From contig JBGQBD010000001.1 of NCBI GenBank assembly GCA_041494645.1, forward strand, positions 5,361-69,360: 64,000 nucleotides of DNA, written 5' to 3'. This document shows positions 9,198-19,372 of this stretch, one piece after another. The notes under the pieces are model-generated. The model searched no databases and was not told the DNA's origin. It saw only the letters and a program-made list of their open reading frames with translations. Source of the DNA: Candidatus Limnocylindria bacterium. GTDB lineage: Bacteria > Chloroflexota > Limnocylindria > Limnocylindrales > CSP1-4. The translations under genes were made by a program, and so were the position numbers. How positions within the stretch are numbered: position 1 is the stretch's first letter; each line of letters starts with the position of its first letter.

Positions 9198-9713
9198 TTG
9201 CCCGCGCCGGGAAGGGCCCTCTCCGTCGGTGGGAGGACTCGCGGCAGTCGGTGCCTTAGACTCGGGCCCGTGATCACGAGAATCGATCTGCCGCGTTTCG
9301 CGCTCGTTGGACTTGCTGCCGTGCTGGCGGCGATCGGCGCCGGGGGCGGCCTCGTAGACACAGGCATGGGCGGCGCGGCGACGGCCACACGCAACCTTGG
9401 CTTCGAGGCCATCGTGGACGTGGCGTTCATCGCGATCCCGGCCGGGGCCCGGTGGTCACTCCGCCGACGGTGGCTCGCCGCGGCGGTCGCCATCGTCTGG
9501 ACCCTGGACGCATTCGTGATGCTGGTGTCCTATGGCGCGCGTGCCGCCTGCGGGTGCGGCGATCCGGCGAGCGGCTACGTGCTGCCCGTGTACTTCGGAA
9601 CGACGGCGGCCAACTGGATGATGATCGGGGCAGTTGCGGGGCCATTCCTCATGGCTGCCGCAGCGAGCTCCCTGCCGGACCGGCTGACTCGGCGTCGGCG
9701 GCGACCGACCTGA
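9198..9713 (+). CDS. Hypothetical small membrane protein
   Basis: ORF with 3-4 hydrophobic helices. The start is uncertain (ATG 9198 or GTG about 9273), and the codon bias is consistent with coding. Confidence 0.35.
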   Translation: MPAPGRALSVGGRTRGSRCLRLGPVITRIDLPRFALVGLAAVLAAIGAGGGLVDTGMGGAATATRNLGFEAIVDVAFIAIPAGARWSLRRRWLAAAVAIVWTLDAFVMLVSYGARAACGCGDPASGYVLPVYFGTTAANWMMIGAVAGPFLMAAAASSLPDRLTRRRRRPT

Positions 9714-9727
9714 GGGGAGGCTTCGAG

Positions 9728-10735
9728 ATGTCCCGTCGTTCGACGATGAAGCTGGCGGTCGGCGCGCTGTGCGCTGCACTCGCACTGTCCGCATGCGGCG
9801 GCGGCCAGGCGACGCCCGGGTCTGCGGCGGCGGCCTCGAGCCCGATCTCCACCGCGCTCGCGGGCACACCGAGCCCGACTCCAACGCAGACGCCGACGGC
9901 TTCGCCCTCGGCGCTTACGCCGGTCGCCTCTCCATCCGGGAACGGCGTGCCCGCCTTCCGCCACATCTACGTGATCGTCATGGAGAACAAGGAGTACGGC
10001 AGCATCGTCGGGTCGAGATCGGCTCCCTATCTCAACTCGCTGATCGCCCGCTACGGCCTGGCCACGCAGTTCTACGGCGAGACCCATCCGTCGGAGCCGA
10101 ACTACATCGCCCTCACCTCGGGCGGGCTCCAGGGCACGAACAGTGACGGCGCCTACAACCTGAACGTCCCGAACCTCTTCGACCAGATAGAGGCCTCCGG
10201 CCGGACGTGGCACGTGTACGCGCAAGGCTTTCCGGGGCAGTGCTACAAGGGCTCGATCGCGGCGGCGGTGGCGGACGGCCCGGGAGCCGCCGGCCAGTAC
10301 GTTCGCAAGCACAACCCGGCCATCAGCTACACCTCCATCAGCGGCAGCCCGACCCGCTGCGCCAACATCACGCGGCTGGCCGGGTTCGACCCGGCGACCG
10401 CCGACTTCGAGTTCATCGCCCCCAACCAGATCAACGACATGCACAGCAGCTCGACCGCCGCGGGAGATACCTTCCTCAAGACATTCGTCCCACAGATCAC
10501 GGGTAGCCCGGCCTTCGCGGACTCGGTCCTCTTCATCACCTGGGACGAGGGATCGACGAGCCTCAAGGGCGGCGGCCGCATAGCCACGATCGCCGTCTCG
10601 CCGGGCATGTCGCCGGGATCGCGCTTCGACGCGCCGGCCAACCACTACTCGATGCTTCGCACGATCGAGCTGGCCTGGGGGCTGCCGTTCCTCGGCGAGG
10701 CCCAGTCGGCCGCGCCGTTGATCTTCCCGTGGTGA
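9728..10735 (+). CDS. Phosphoesterase-family lipoprotein (PF04185-like; acid phosphatase/phospholipase C-type)
   Basis: Has a lipoprotein signal (LALSACGG) and the HIYVIVMENKEYGSIVGS, ...EPNYIALTSG and FIAPNQINDMHSSS blocks typical of the phosphoesterase family. Confidence 0.7.
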   Translation: MSRRSTMKLAVGALCAALALSACGGGQATPGSAAAASSPISTALAGTPSPTPTQTPTASPSALTPVASPSGNGVPAFRHIYVIVMENKEYGSIVGSRSAPYLNSLIARYGLATQFYGETHPSEPNYIALTSGGLQGTNSDGAYNLNVPNLFDQIEASGRTWHVYAQGFPGQCYKGSIAAAVADGPGAAGQYVRKHNPAISYTSISGSPTRCANITRLAGFDPATADFEFIAPNQINDMHSSSTAAGDTFLKTFVPQITGSPAFADSVLFITWDEGSTSLKGGGRIATIAVSPGMSPGSRFDAPANHYSMLRTIELAWGLPFLGEAQSAAPLIFPW

Positions 10736-10913
10736 TCGCGATAGGGCGCCGCTCGCGGCCCACGCCGACCGGAGAAGTGCCCTCTCGCGGTTCACGTGTC
10801 GCGCCCGGCGCCGCCCCCCGCTCTGCCTCAAGCGCGGTTGCCACGATGGTCTGGTCACCCGGAACCGAGGGCGTCATGATGCGCAGCGCCGGGTCCCGAG
10901 CAAGAGGTGAGGC

Positions 10914-12563
10914 GTGGCGGTAAGCGACCTGGCGGGCAAGCCCGCGCAGCCATCGATGCTGGTCGACGTGGACCGGTTGATCGCGGCCTACTACGACAAC
11001 CACCCGGACCCGAAGGTGCCCGCTCAAGCTGTCGCCTTCGGCACCTCGGGCCACCGAGGCTCGTCGCTCAACGGCTCGTTCAACGAGGATCACATCCTGG
11101 CCACGAGCGAGGCCATCTGCCGCTACCGGCGCGCCCAGGGAATTGACGGACCGCTCTTCATCGGCCGCGACAGCCACGCGCTATCCGACCCGGCCACGCG
11201 CTCCGCGATCGAAGTCCTGGTCGCCAACGACGTCTCGGTGCTGGTCGACAGCGCCGACGGCCTGACGCCCACGCCGTCCGTCTCGCACGCGATCCTGACC
11301 TACAACCGCGGTCGCGCCGAAGGCCTTGCCGACGGCATCGTCGTCACCCCATCACACAACCCACCCGAGGACGGGGGCTTCAAGTACAACCCGCCAAACG
11401 GCGGCCCGGCCGACACCGACGTGACCGGGGCGATCCAACGCGAGGCGAACGACCTGCTCGCGGCCCGGCTGGGGGGGGTCCGGCGGCTGCCGTACGAGCG
11501 CGCCCGGCGCGAGGTCGGACGCTACGACTTCACGGGCCTCTACGTCGCCGACCTGGCCCGGGTCGTCGACATGGAGGCAATCCGAGCCTCCGGCCTCAAG
11601 CTTGGCGTCGACCCGCTCGGCGGCGCTAGCGTCGGCTACTGGGCTGCCATTCGCGACCGCTATCGCCTCGACCTGACCGTCACCAACGAGGTGGTCGATC
11701 CCACGTTCGGGTTCATGACCGTGGACTGGGACGGCCGGATCCGGATGGACCCCTCGTCCCCCTATGCGATGGCCCGGCTGGTCGCCCTGAAGGACCGCTT
11801 CGACGTGGCCTTCGCCAACGACACCGACGCCGACCGCCACGGCATCGTGACCGGTACGGCGGGGCTTATGAACCCGAACCACTTCCTCTCCGTCGCGGTC
11901 GCTTACCTGTACAGGAACCGCGATTGGAGATCCGACGTGGCCGTCGGCAAGACGCTGGTCTCCACGAGCATGATCGACCGCGTCGCCGCCGAGCTGCCCC
12001 GCCGGCTGATCGAGGTCCCGGTCGGGTTCAAGTGGTTCGTCGCCGGACTCCTCGACGGCTCGCTCGGCTTCGGGGGAGAAGAAAGCGCCGGCGCGTCGTT
12101 CCTGCGCCGCGACGGGACGGTCTGGACGACCGACAAGGACGGCCTCACCGCCTGCCTGCTCGCCGCCGAGCTGACCGCGCGTCGAGGGCACGACCCGGCC
12201 ATCGCGTACGGCGAGTTGACGGCACGCTACGGGGCACCGGCATACCGGCGCGTGGATGCTCCCGCCACTCGCGAACAGAAAGCCGTTCTGGCGAAGCTCT
12301 CGCCGACGCAGGTAGCGGCATCGGAGCTCGCCGGCGAGCCCATAGTGGCCGTGCTCACTCGAGCCCCCGGCAACGACGCCCCGATCGGCGGCGTCAAGGT
12401 CATAACCGAGCACGGCTGGTTCGCCGCTCGCCCGTCCGGGACGGAGGACGTCTACAAGGTCTATGCCGAGAGCTTCCTGGGCGAGGAGCATCTCCAGCGC
12501 CTGCTCGACGAGGCCCAGGAGGTAGTCGCCAACGCCCTCGCCGGGGATGGCGCCGCCGGGTGA
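10914..12563 (+). CDS. pgm: Phosphoglucomutase, alpha-D-glucose-phosphate specific
   Basis: Has the GTSGHRG active-site serine loop, [15 protein letters not shown], and an E. coli Pgm-like N-terminus ([15 protein letters not shown]). The start is GTG after an RBS. Confidence 0.9.
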   Translation: MAVSDLAGKPAQPSMLVDVDRLIAAYYDNHPDPKVPAQAVAFGTSGHRGSSLNGSFNEDHILATSEAICRYRRAQGIDGPLFIGRDSHALSDPATRSAIEVLVANDVSVLVDSADGLTPTPSVSHAILTYNRGRAEGLADGIVVTPSHNPPEDGGFKYNPPNGGPADTDVTGAIQREANDLLAARLGGVRRLPYERARREVGRYDFTGLYVADLARVVDMEAIRASGLKLGVDPLGGASVGYWAAIRDRYRLDLTVTNEVVDPTFGFMTVDWDGRIRMDPSSPYAMARLVALKDRFDVAFANDTDADRHGIVTGTAGLMNPNHFLSVAVAYLYRNRDWRSDVAVGKTLVSTSMIDRVAAELPRRLIEVPVGFKWFVAGLLDGSLGFGGEESAGASFLRRDGTVWTTDKDGLTACLLAAELTARRGHDPAIAYGELTARYGAPAYRRVDAPATREQKAVLAKLSPTQVAASELAGEPIVAVLTRAPGNDAPIGGVKVITEHGWFAARPSGTEDVYKVYAESFLGEEHLQRLLDEAQEVVANALAGDGAAG

Positions 12564-12599
12564 ATCCCTCGTCCGTCTGGCCGGTGCGGCCGGAGAGTA

Positions 12600-12680
12600 A
12601 TGGGCCGGTGCGCCCCGGCACCAGAGCGCCGTCCCGGCCCGAGCCTGCGCGACCCGTCACCGCGCACGGGGGGTGACGGC
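12600..12680. terminator. Terminator-like GC hairpins downstream of pgm
   Basis: Short inverted repeats (ggtgc..gcacc; gtcac-cgcgcacggggg-gtgac) lie in the 257-bp non-coding stretch after pgm. Confidence 0.3.
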
Positions 12681-12820
12681 GGGCACCAAAGCGCAAGACC
12701 GTCGGCCCACTCCTGCGCCCGCCGAAAGTACTGACCGGGGGGGCAGGAAGGCTGACTTTGACGGCCGGTCCGGCTCGTCTAACGTGTCTACGCACATGGC
12801 CGCAATCATGAGTTGCTACC

Positions 12821-13336
12821 TTGGATCAACCTGATCGTCAGCAGAATGTCGTGACCGCCAGGGGCCCGAGTCACGCGGTCACCTCGCTCGACCGCGAGTT
12901 CCTGGCCGTCCTGGGGTCCGAGGAACCGGCCGCGATAGGCCGCGCCGTCGCGCAGATCGTGCGAGGCGACGGATGGCACGAGGCCAAGGCGTCGGCCGTG
13001 CTGGTCCAGGCCATCGTCGCCTGGCTCGGCCCCAACTTCGTCTGGCCGACCGGCTTCTACGCCAATGGAACCGGCCCGGTCGAGGTCGTCGCCAAGGTGG
13101 GCAACTACTACATCACCGGGCACGGAATCGAGACCCAGGACGACCTGACGGTCGACTGCTGCCAGCGCCACCGCGCCAGGTTCAGCCAGTCGCGGCTCGA
13201 GGACCTCGATCTCGCCGTTCCCAATCCGCGTTTCACAATGGGCAGCCCGCTGGCCCGGCGCGCCGCCGACCGATTGGCCGCTTTGCTGTCCGAGGCGATC
13301 GATCCGGAGGTCGCCCTGGTAGTGCTGGGCGCCTGA
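12821..13336 (+). CDS. Hypothetical protein
   Basis: 171-aa ORF with high GC3 and normal amino-acid composition. The opposite-strand ORF is Arg/Gly-rich and looks like an artefact. No recognisable family. Confidence 0.4.
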   Translation: MDQPDRQQNVVTARGPSHAVTSLDREFLAVLGSEEPAAIGRAVAQIVRGDGWHEAKASAVLVQAIVAWLGPNFVWPTGFYANGTGPVEVVAKVGNYYITGHGIETQDDLTVDCCQRHRARFSQSRLEDLDLAVPNPRFTMGSPLARRAADRLAALLSEAIDPEVALVVLGA

Positions 13337-13355
13337 CAGACTCATCGCGAAGACC

Positions 13356-13382
13356 GAAGCCGGCGCCAGGAGCGCCGGCTTC
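13356..13382. terminator. Bidirectional terminator hairpin
   Basis: gaagccggcgc-cagga-gcgccggcttc is a perfect 11-bp stem between convergent genes. Confidence 0.5.
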
Positions 13383-13436
13383 GACGCACCCGGCCCCCAC
13401 GTCGCACCGCATGGGTCGGGCGGCGGATTCGGCTCC

Positions 13437-14138
13437 TCAGACCGGAAGGCGCGACCGCAGCTCCAGGGTGTGCTCGGATTCGTGCTCGAGGATGCGTCGC
13501 AGCATGCGACGGGCGGTCCACCGCGGCTTCCCGCCGCGCTCGACGACTCGGGCCAGCTCGTCCGGGGCCATGGCGTTCAGGCGCTCCATCAGCGCCCCGC
13601 GCTCGCCGTCCAGGGCCTCCCACGGCTGCTCCCCCGCCCTCTCGATCGCGGCGATCGCGGCGCTCGCACCGCGCAGGGTACCGAGCGTGGCGCTGACGTA
13701 GGCCCACTCCGCCGCGGCGACGTGCGACAGGATCGCCGCGGCCGATCTCCCGCCCGCGGCCGGCCGGGCGGCGAGTGGCTCCGCTTGCGCCCGGGCCGCA
13801 GCCACGAGCTCCTCGCGCGACCAGGCCGCCCAGCGCAGCTGCCGCCCGACCTCGGCCATCGTCATGGGCTCCCTATCCGGCGAGAAGAACTGCTGGCCGA
13901 ATCCCAGCACCTCTCGCTCGATGACGTGCTCGGCGACGACGATCTCGATCGGGTGCGCGCCGGCGACCGTTTCGCCATGGCGGCGCAGGAAGTCCAGTCG
14001 CTCCGCAATCGCGGCTCGAGACATCTCGATGGCGGCGTCGGTCGTGGGGCCCACGGCAACGCAGCCGGGCAGGCGGGGCACGAAGACCCAGGTCCTGCGG
14101 TGCTGCGGCCCCGATTCGAGGTAGAGCTCGAAGCGCAA
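13437..14138 (-). CDS. HicB-like (UPF0150) N-terminal domain fused to DinB/YfiT-like four-helix-bundle domain protein
   Basis: The N-terminus MRFELYLESGPQHRRTWVFVPRLPGCVAVGPTTDAAIEMSRAAIAE matches the HicB antitoxin fold pattern. The C-terminal half is DinB_2-like with conserved His. Confidence 0.5.
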   Translation of the reverse strand: MRFELYLESGPQHRRTWVFVPRLPGCVAVGPTTDAAIEMSRAAIAERLDFLRRHGETVAGAHPIEIVVAEHVIEREVLGFGQQFFSPDREPMTMAEVGRQLRWAAWSREELVAAARAQAEPLAARPAAGGRSAAAILSHVAAAEWAYVSATLGTLRGASAAIAAIERAGEQPWEALDGERGALMERLNAMAPDELARVVERGGKPRWTARRMLRRILEHESEHTLELRSRLPV

Positions 14139-14195
14139 CCGACCTCCTCCTGTCGGCGCGGCCCGGCGGCCCCGCTGGGGGCAGGCGGTTCCGGC

Positions 14196-15314
14196 CTAAA
14201 GCCCGAGCGCCTTCCCAGGCGCTACGAACTCCAGCCCGCGCGCCTCGGCCACGGCCCGATGGGTCACGCGGCCGCTGCAGACGTTCAATCCGTTCAGCAG
14301 GTGGCGGTCATCAGCCATGGCCTTTCGCACGCCCTTGTCGGCAAGCGCCAGGGTGAAGGGAAGCGTGGCGTTGTTGAGCGCGAAGGTTGAGGTCCTGGCC
14401 ACCGCGCCGGGCATGTTCGTGACGCAGTAGTGGACGACCCCATCGACCACATAGGTGGGATCGGAGTGGGTCGTGGGTCGAGACGTCTCGAAGCAGCCGC
14501 CCTGGTCGATCGACACGTCCACGACGACGGTGCCACGGCGCATCCCGCGGATCATCTCGCGGGTCACGAGGCGAGGCGCGGTGCTGCCCGGCGTGAGGAC
14601 GGCGCCGATGACCAGGTCCGCGGCCAGAACGCTCTCCTCGACCGCGTCGATCGTGGAGTAGCGCGTCTTGAGGGCCGGCGCGAAGGCCAGGTCGAGCTCC
14701 TTGAGTCGGGGCAGCGATTTATCCAGGACGGTGACGTCCGCCTCGAGTCCAAGGGCCATGCGCAGGGCGTTGATGCCGACCACGCCGCCGCCCAGCACCG
14801 TCACCTTGGCCGGCGGAACGCCGGGGACGCCGCCGAGCAGGACGCCGCGGCCGCCTGCCTGGCACTCAAGGGCGTGGGCACCGGCCTGGATCGACATCCG
14901 TCCGGCCACCTCGCTCATCGGCGCAAGCAGCGGGAGTCCACCGCGTTCGTCGGTGACCGTCTCATAGGCCACTGCGATGCAGCCGGATTTGAGGAGCCCC
15001 TCCGTCTGGGCCGAGTCCGGCGCGAGGTGGAGGTAGGTGAACAAGACCTGCCCCTCGCGCAGCATGCCGATCTCGGTCGGCTGCGGCTCCTTGACCTTGA
15101 CGACCAGCTCGGCTCGGCCGAATACGGCCGCGGCGTCCGGCACTATCTCGGCGCCGACGGCCCGATAGTGCGCGTCGTCAAGATCGATCGCCTCCCCGGC
15201 GCCGGTCTGGACGATAACCTTGTGACCATGCTCCACGAGCTCGCGAACCGCGCTCGGTGTCAGACCGACGCGGAACTCGTTGTCCTTGATTTCGCGGGGT
15301 ACACCGACAAGCAT
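14196..15314 (-). CDS. ald: Alanine dehydrogenase
   Basis: Has an AlaDH/PNT N-terminus ([20 protein letters not shown]), an NAD-binding [10 protein letters not shown] motif, and a 372-aa length. Confidence 0.9.
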   Translation of the reverse strand: MLVGVPREIKDNEFRVGLTPSAVRELVEHGHKVIVQTGAGEAIDLDDAHYRAVGAEIVPDAAAVFGRAELVVKVKEPQPTEIGMLREGQVLFTYLHLAPDSAQTEGLLKSGCIAVAYETVTDERGGLPLLAPMSEVAGRMSIQAGAHALECQAGGRGVLLGGVPGVPPAKVTVLGGGVVGINALRMALGLEADVTVLDKSLPRLKELDLAFAPALKTRYSTIDAVEESVLAADLVIGAVLTPGSTAPRLVTREMIRGMRRGTVVVDVSIDQGGCFETSRPTTHSDPTYVVDGVVHYCVTNMPGAVARTSTFALNNATLPFTLALADKGVRKAMADDRHLLNGLNVCSGRVTHRAVAEARGLEFVAPGKALGL

Positions 15315-15680
15315 CTCGACCTCTCCGGGCGACCCGACTACGCAGCCTGTGGCCCCAGGCAGGTGGCGACGCGCACGCCCGCCGAGCAGAGCCGTCCGTG
15401 CCGGCGGTCAATTGCCGAACCACGGCGTCCGCCGGAACCGATCGACCGGTGCTCCCCTGGAGCCGTTTCGGCCATTCTCTCACGGGCCGCCGATCTTGCT
15501 CGCTGGCCCAGTCCAGCCGAGCGGGCTGCCCGCCGGCAGGACGGGCGGGTCGGCAACGCGAGGCCGGTTCGTGCGCAGACGGCGCGATTGGCTCGAAGCC
15601 GGGCTCCCGGCACGGGAGGCCAACTGCCGATTCGAAGCGCCTGGCTCCTGGCACCCGGGGCGAAACGGCCGAAACCGAAG

Positions 15681-16394
15681 CTAGGCTCGCATGGTGGCAG
15701 TGACCCGCCGAAGGCGCGAACGGTTGACCAGGATGGCGTCGCACGGAACGTCGGGAAGGACCGTTGCCCCGACCTGCACCTTCGGGGCCAAGACCGCCAG
15801 GAATAGCTCGCTGCCACGCTCGGTCAGCAACATGGGGTCCTGCGACGGAAGCAGCAGCAGGATGCCGGAGATCTTGAACGGAGTGGCTTCGAGAGTGGCG
15901 TCGTACGCCACTCGAAACCTGCTCCAGGCATCGCGATCGGCGTCGCTGACGACCGGCTCGCCATCCTGGGCGGGCATGGCAATCGTGATGTCGCGCGGGT
16001 CGACGCTCTTGACGCCGTTGGCGGGCTCCAGCGGCGCCGAGAGGTCGTTCGGGCCACGCCGCGCATTGCTGACGTTGATCACGCCACGCTTCTCGAGCGC
16101 AGCCGCGAGCTTGACACCGCCCTGGGCGAGCATCGCGTCGATTCGATCGTTTTCGTACAGCGCTACGAAGTGGCCGGGCTTCTTCCGGGTCGGGACCAGC
16201 CCGGTCGCCGCCGGCGCCAGATCGAACGTACCTACGGCCATTAGCTGCAACTCCTTGGCCACCGCCGGAAGCATCCAGACCGGCAGGCCGAGCCATCCGT
16301 CCGGACTTGGGCCAACCAGAACCGCTCCAGGGCAGGCCGTGTCCAGGGTTTCGGTGCCCGGATCAACATGACGGACTCGGGGCCGTTCTTGCAC
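15681..16394 (-). CDS. Hypothetical protein
   Basis: Normal-composition ORF, whereas the antisense frames are Ser/Arg-rich artefacts. The true start may be the internal MAVGTFDL (about 16243). No family recognised. Confidence 0.4.
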   Translation of the reverse strand: MQERPRVRHVDPGTETLDTACPGAVLVGPSPDGWLGLPVWMLPAVAKELQLMAVGTFDLAPAATGLVPTRKKPGHFVALYENDRIDAMLAQGGVKLAAALEKRGVINVSNARRGPNDLSAPLEPANGVKSVDPRDITIAMPAQDGEPVVSDADRDAWSRFRVAYDATLEATPFKISGILLLLPSQDPMLLTERGSELFLAVLAPKVQVGATVLPDVPCDAILVNRSRLRRVTATMRA

Positions 16395-16460
16395 CAGCCG
16401 AAGGTCCTGGCACCGCCGAGCAGGTAGCGCTAACGGGCCGCCCGCGGCCTCCGACCTACC

Positions 16461-18245
16461 CTAGACAGGGCGGTACGGCAGGTAATCCGGATACCACATC
16501 GCCGAATCGACCGCGTCGATAACCTCCTCGTCGCGGTAGAGACGGCCAACGCCGCAATCGCGGCTCTGGCAGACCACCTTCCCGGCGATCTGCCGCGACA
16601 CCTCTCGCAGGTCCGAGACGGCCGGATACAGGGCGCCGACGGCAAGTCGATCCGGCGAGACCATCTCCGCAAGGGTTCGCGCGGCGAGCAGGAACATCTC
16701 GTCGGTGATCTCGCGGGCCTCAGCCACTATCGCGCCGAGGCCCACGCCGGGGAAGATGAAGACGTTGTTGGCCTGGCCGATGACGTGCGTCTCGCCGTCT
16801 ATCGTCACCGGCTCGAACGGGCTGCCGGTTGCTATCAGGGCTCGCCCGCCGGTCCAGCCGAGGATGTCGGCTGGAATCGCCTCCGTCTTGGCCGTGGGAT
16901 TGGAGAGGGGGAACACGACCGGTCGCTCGGTGTGAGCGGCCATCTCGCGGATCGCCTTCTCGCTGAAAGCACCCGCGACGCCGCTCGTGCCGACCATGAT
17001 CGTCGGCTTGACCGCGGCCACGACCGCCTCCAGGCCCAGCCGGTCGCTCGGGCTCAGGCCGGTCAGGCCGTAGCTCGCCACTTCGTCCGGCCCGAGAGCG
17101 AACTCCATCTTGTCGTCGTCTATCGGGTCCCGGTGGGCGAAGACGAGGCCCTTCGTGTCCACGGTCACAATTGCCTTCTTGACGGCGGCCGGGCTCACAC
17201 CCTCGGCGTTCAATGCGGCGCGAACCATGCGGGCTATACCGGTGCCAGCGGCCCCGGCTCCCAGGAAGACGAACCGCTGCTCGGCCAGCGGCCTCCGGAG
17301 AGCACGAACGGCGGCCAGGATTCCGGCCAGGATCACGGCGCCGGTGCCCTGGATGTCGTCGTTGAAGCTGGTGAGCCGGTGGCGGTAGCGATCGAGGATC
17401 TTGATGGCGTTGTGCTGCTTGAAGTCTTCCCATTGCAGGATGGCGCGCGGACACACGTCCAGGATGGCGCCGACGAAGGCCTCGAGGAAATCGTCGTACT
17501 CCGCCCCGCGGAGCCGCCGCTGGCGGTACCCGATGTAGAGCGGATCGGCCAGCAGATCCTCGTTGTCCGTGCCCACGTCCAGTGAAACTGGCAGTGTATG
17601 GGCCGGGTAGATGCCCGCTCCGGCGGTGTACAGGGCCAGCTTCCCGACGGGGATGCCCATGCCGCCCGCGCCCTGGTCTCCCAGACCCAGGATCCGCTCG
17701 TTGTCCGTGGCCACGATCAGGCGCACGTCGTCCGCGGCCGAACCCGGGCCGGTCGAATTCGTGCGCGCGTTGCGCAGCAGATCGGGGATCCGGTCGATGT
17801 CGGCAGGGGTGATCCACAGGCCGCGCGGCCGGCGCATGATGTGGCTGAAGGTCTGGCAGGCGCGGCCGACGGTGGGCGTGTACACGATCGGCAGGAACTC
17901 TTCGAGGTTCTCGAGGAGGACCCGGTAGAAGAGGGTCTCGTTCCGGTCCTGCAGCGCGGCCAGGCCGATGTAGCGCTCGAGGTCGTCGCCCTTACGGCGG
18001 ATGTGTTCGAGCTCCAGGAACACCTGCTCCGTGATCGCGGCCGTTCGAGACGGGAGCAACCCTCGCAACCCGAACAAGTCTCGTTCTTCTTCGTCGAAGC
18101 CCGTGTCCTTGTTCAGCAGGGGGCGCTCGAGGAGCTCGGCGCCTCGGAACTGGGTGTGGATGACGCCTGTGGGGCGGAGGTCTTTGACCGATCTGGGAAG
18201 CTGTCTCATGGGGCTCAGGATCGGCTCGACCGAGGGCTGCCGCAA
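16461..18245 (-). CDS. maeA: NAD(P)-dependent malic enzyme (large eukaryotic-type MaeA/SfcA)
   Basis: Has ERPLLNKDTGF, VYTPTVG, FNDDIQGTGAV and GAGAAGTGIA motifs. The start at 18245 has a strong RBS (aagaaggggg). Confidence 0.9.
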   Translation of the reverse strand: MRQPSVEPILSPMRQLPRSVKDLRPTGVIHTQFRGAELLERPLLNKDTGFDEEERDLFGLRGLLPSRTAAITEQVFLELEHIRRKGDDLERYIGLAALQDRNETLFYRVLLENLEEFLPIVYTPTVGRACQTFSHIMRRPRGLWITPADIDRIPDLLRNARTNSTGPGSAADDVRLIVATDNERILGLGDQGAGGMGIPVGKLALYTAGAGIYPAHTLPVSLDVGTDNEDLLADPLYIGYRQRRLRGAEYDDFLEAFVGAILDVCPRAILQWEDFKQHNAIKILDRYRHRLTSFNDDIQGTGAVILAGILAAVRALRRPLAEQRFVFLGAGAAGTGIARMVRAALNAEGVSPAAVKKAIVTVDTKGLVFAHRDPIDDDKMEFALGPDEVASYGLTGLSPSDRLGLEAVVAAVKPTIMVGTSGVAGAFSEKAIREMAAHTERPVVFPLSNPTAKTEAIPADILGWTGGRALIATGSPFEPVTIDGETHVIGQANNVFIFPGVGLGAIVAEAREITDEMFLLAARTLAEMVSPDRLAVGALYPAVSDLREVSRQIAGKVVCQSRDCGVGRLYRDEEVIDAVDSAMWYPDYLPYRPV

Positions 18246-18279
18246 CAGCCGTTCGGCCCCCTTCTTGGTGCTACGGCAA

Positions 18280-19227
18280 TCAGCAGGGGCTCGGTTCGCC
18301 CGGCATCAGCACTCGAACCTGGAGCGACTTCTTCACCGCCTTGCCGTCGACGAAACGGGTCAGCTGGTTGCCCGCCTCGACGGCCGGCAGGAGCATGGCC
18401 AGGTCGGCACCCGAAACGACCGCGCAACGATAGTCCGCCGAGCCCATCGGCGAACCGAACGACGCGAAAGGCGTGGCGAGCGGCCACGGCTCCTCGGCGG
18501 GTACCAAAGGACTCCCCCCTGGCTCCACGGGCGGCGTGACCAGCACGGCCAGGCTCGACGGCGCGTACGAGACGCTGGGTCCGAGCTCCGAGCCGAGCCA
18601 GGCCCAGAGGTTGGTCAGCCTGTTCCAGAAGGCGGCGAAGGCGCCTGAGCTTCCGGGGGCGCCGGATCTCGGAGCGGCATCGGAGGTGCATTGGCCGGTG
18701 AGGTCGTGCGTGACACCGTCGACGACCAGCAGGACGTGGCAGGTGATCGAGCCCGGCATCGGCTGCTCCGCGAAATCGGTCTTCGTCCCCAACAGGCCGT
18801 CCATGCGCGCTTCAGTGAGGATCTCGTCGATGCCTTTGGGACTGATCGTCTGGTACGACACCCCGACGTAGATCGGGCCGGGGTAGATCATCGGGATGGC
18901 AATCATCCCGTTGTAGTACCTGCCGCCGGCAATGGTTGCGGCCGGCAGCCCGGCGAAGGTGTACTGGGGCGCCAGGGCCTGGCTCTGCCACGCGCGGAGG
19001 TAGAAGCCGCTCGCCGGCGAGGAGGGCGCGGAACCGCACGCGGCGGAGGCGCCGGGAGCGGCGGAGGCGGGCGAGGAACCGCACGCGGCGGAGGCGCCGG
19101 GCGCGGCGGAGACGCCGGGCAGGTTGGACCCGCCGGCGGCCGTGCACGCCACGACCAGGAATGAGAGAGCCAGGGCGCCCGCGAAGCGCGCGACCGAGAA
19201 CTGCGGATGATCGGCGTTGGTGTTCAT
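18280..19227 (-). CDS. Secreted lipoprotein, hypothetical, with tandem SAAPGASAACGS repeat
   Basis: Has an N-terminal signal with lipobox (LVVACT) and a tandem 12-aa repeat encoded by the 36-nt DNA repeat at 19005-19110. No known domain. Confidence 0.5.
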   Translation of the reverse strand: MNTNADHPQFSVARFAGALALSFLVVACTAAGGSNLPGVSAAPGASAACGSSPASAAPGASAACGSAPSSPASGFYLRAWQSQALAPQYTFAGLPAATIAGGRYYNGMIAIPMIYPGPIYVGVSYQTISPKGIDEILTEARMDGLLGTKTDFAEQPMPGSITCHVLLVVDGVTHDLTGQCTSDAAPRSGAPGSSGAFAAFWNRLTNLWAWLGSELGPSVSYAPSSLAVLVTPPVEPGGSPLVPAEEPWPLATPFASFGSPMGSADYRCAVVSGADLAMLLPAVEAGNQLTRFVDGKAVKKSLQVRVLMPGEPSPC

Positions 19228-19372
19228 GGGGTATCCATCGCTCAGTGGTCGGGATCGACAGATCCTAGACGTAGCCCTGGCGCGGGAAGTTCCGCGCGCG
19301 GGCCGCTGTCTCATGCGGCGGCCGCCTTACGCGCGAACCGGCTGGGCGCGGCCGTCGGGCTGGCTGCCCGCC

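Noticed and set aside
12806-13345. Minus-strand 179-aa ORF overlapping the 12821-13336 plus ORF
   Set aside because: The plus-strand frame has a higher GC3 pattern and more balanced composition. The minus product is Gly/Arg/Asp-rich. The plus strand was chosen, with low confidence.
14430-16296. Long ORFs (458 aa plus, 372 aa minus) across ald and the 15.3-15.7 kb gap
   Set aside because: They are antisense or out-of-frame to alanine dehydrogenase and are Arg-rich, so they are artefacts of 70% GC.
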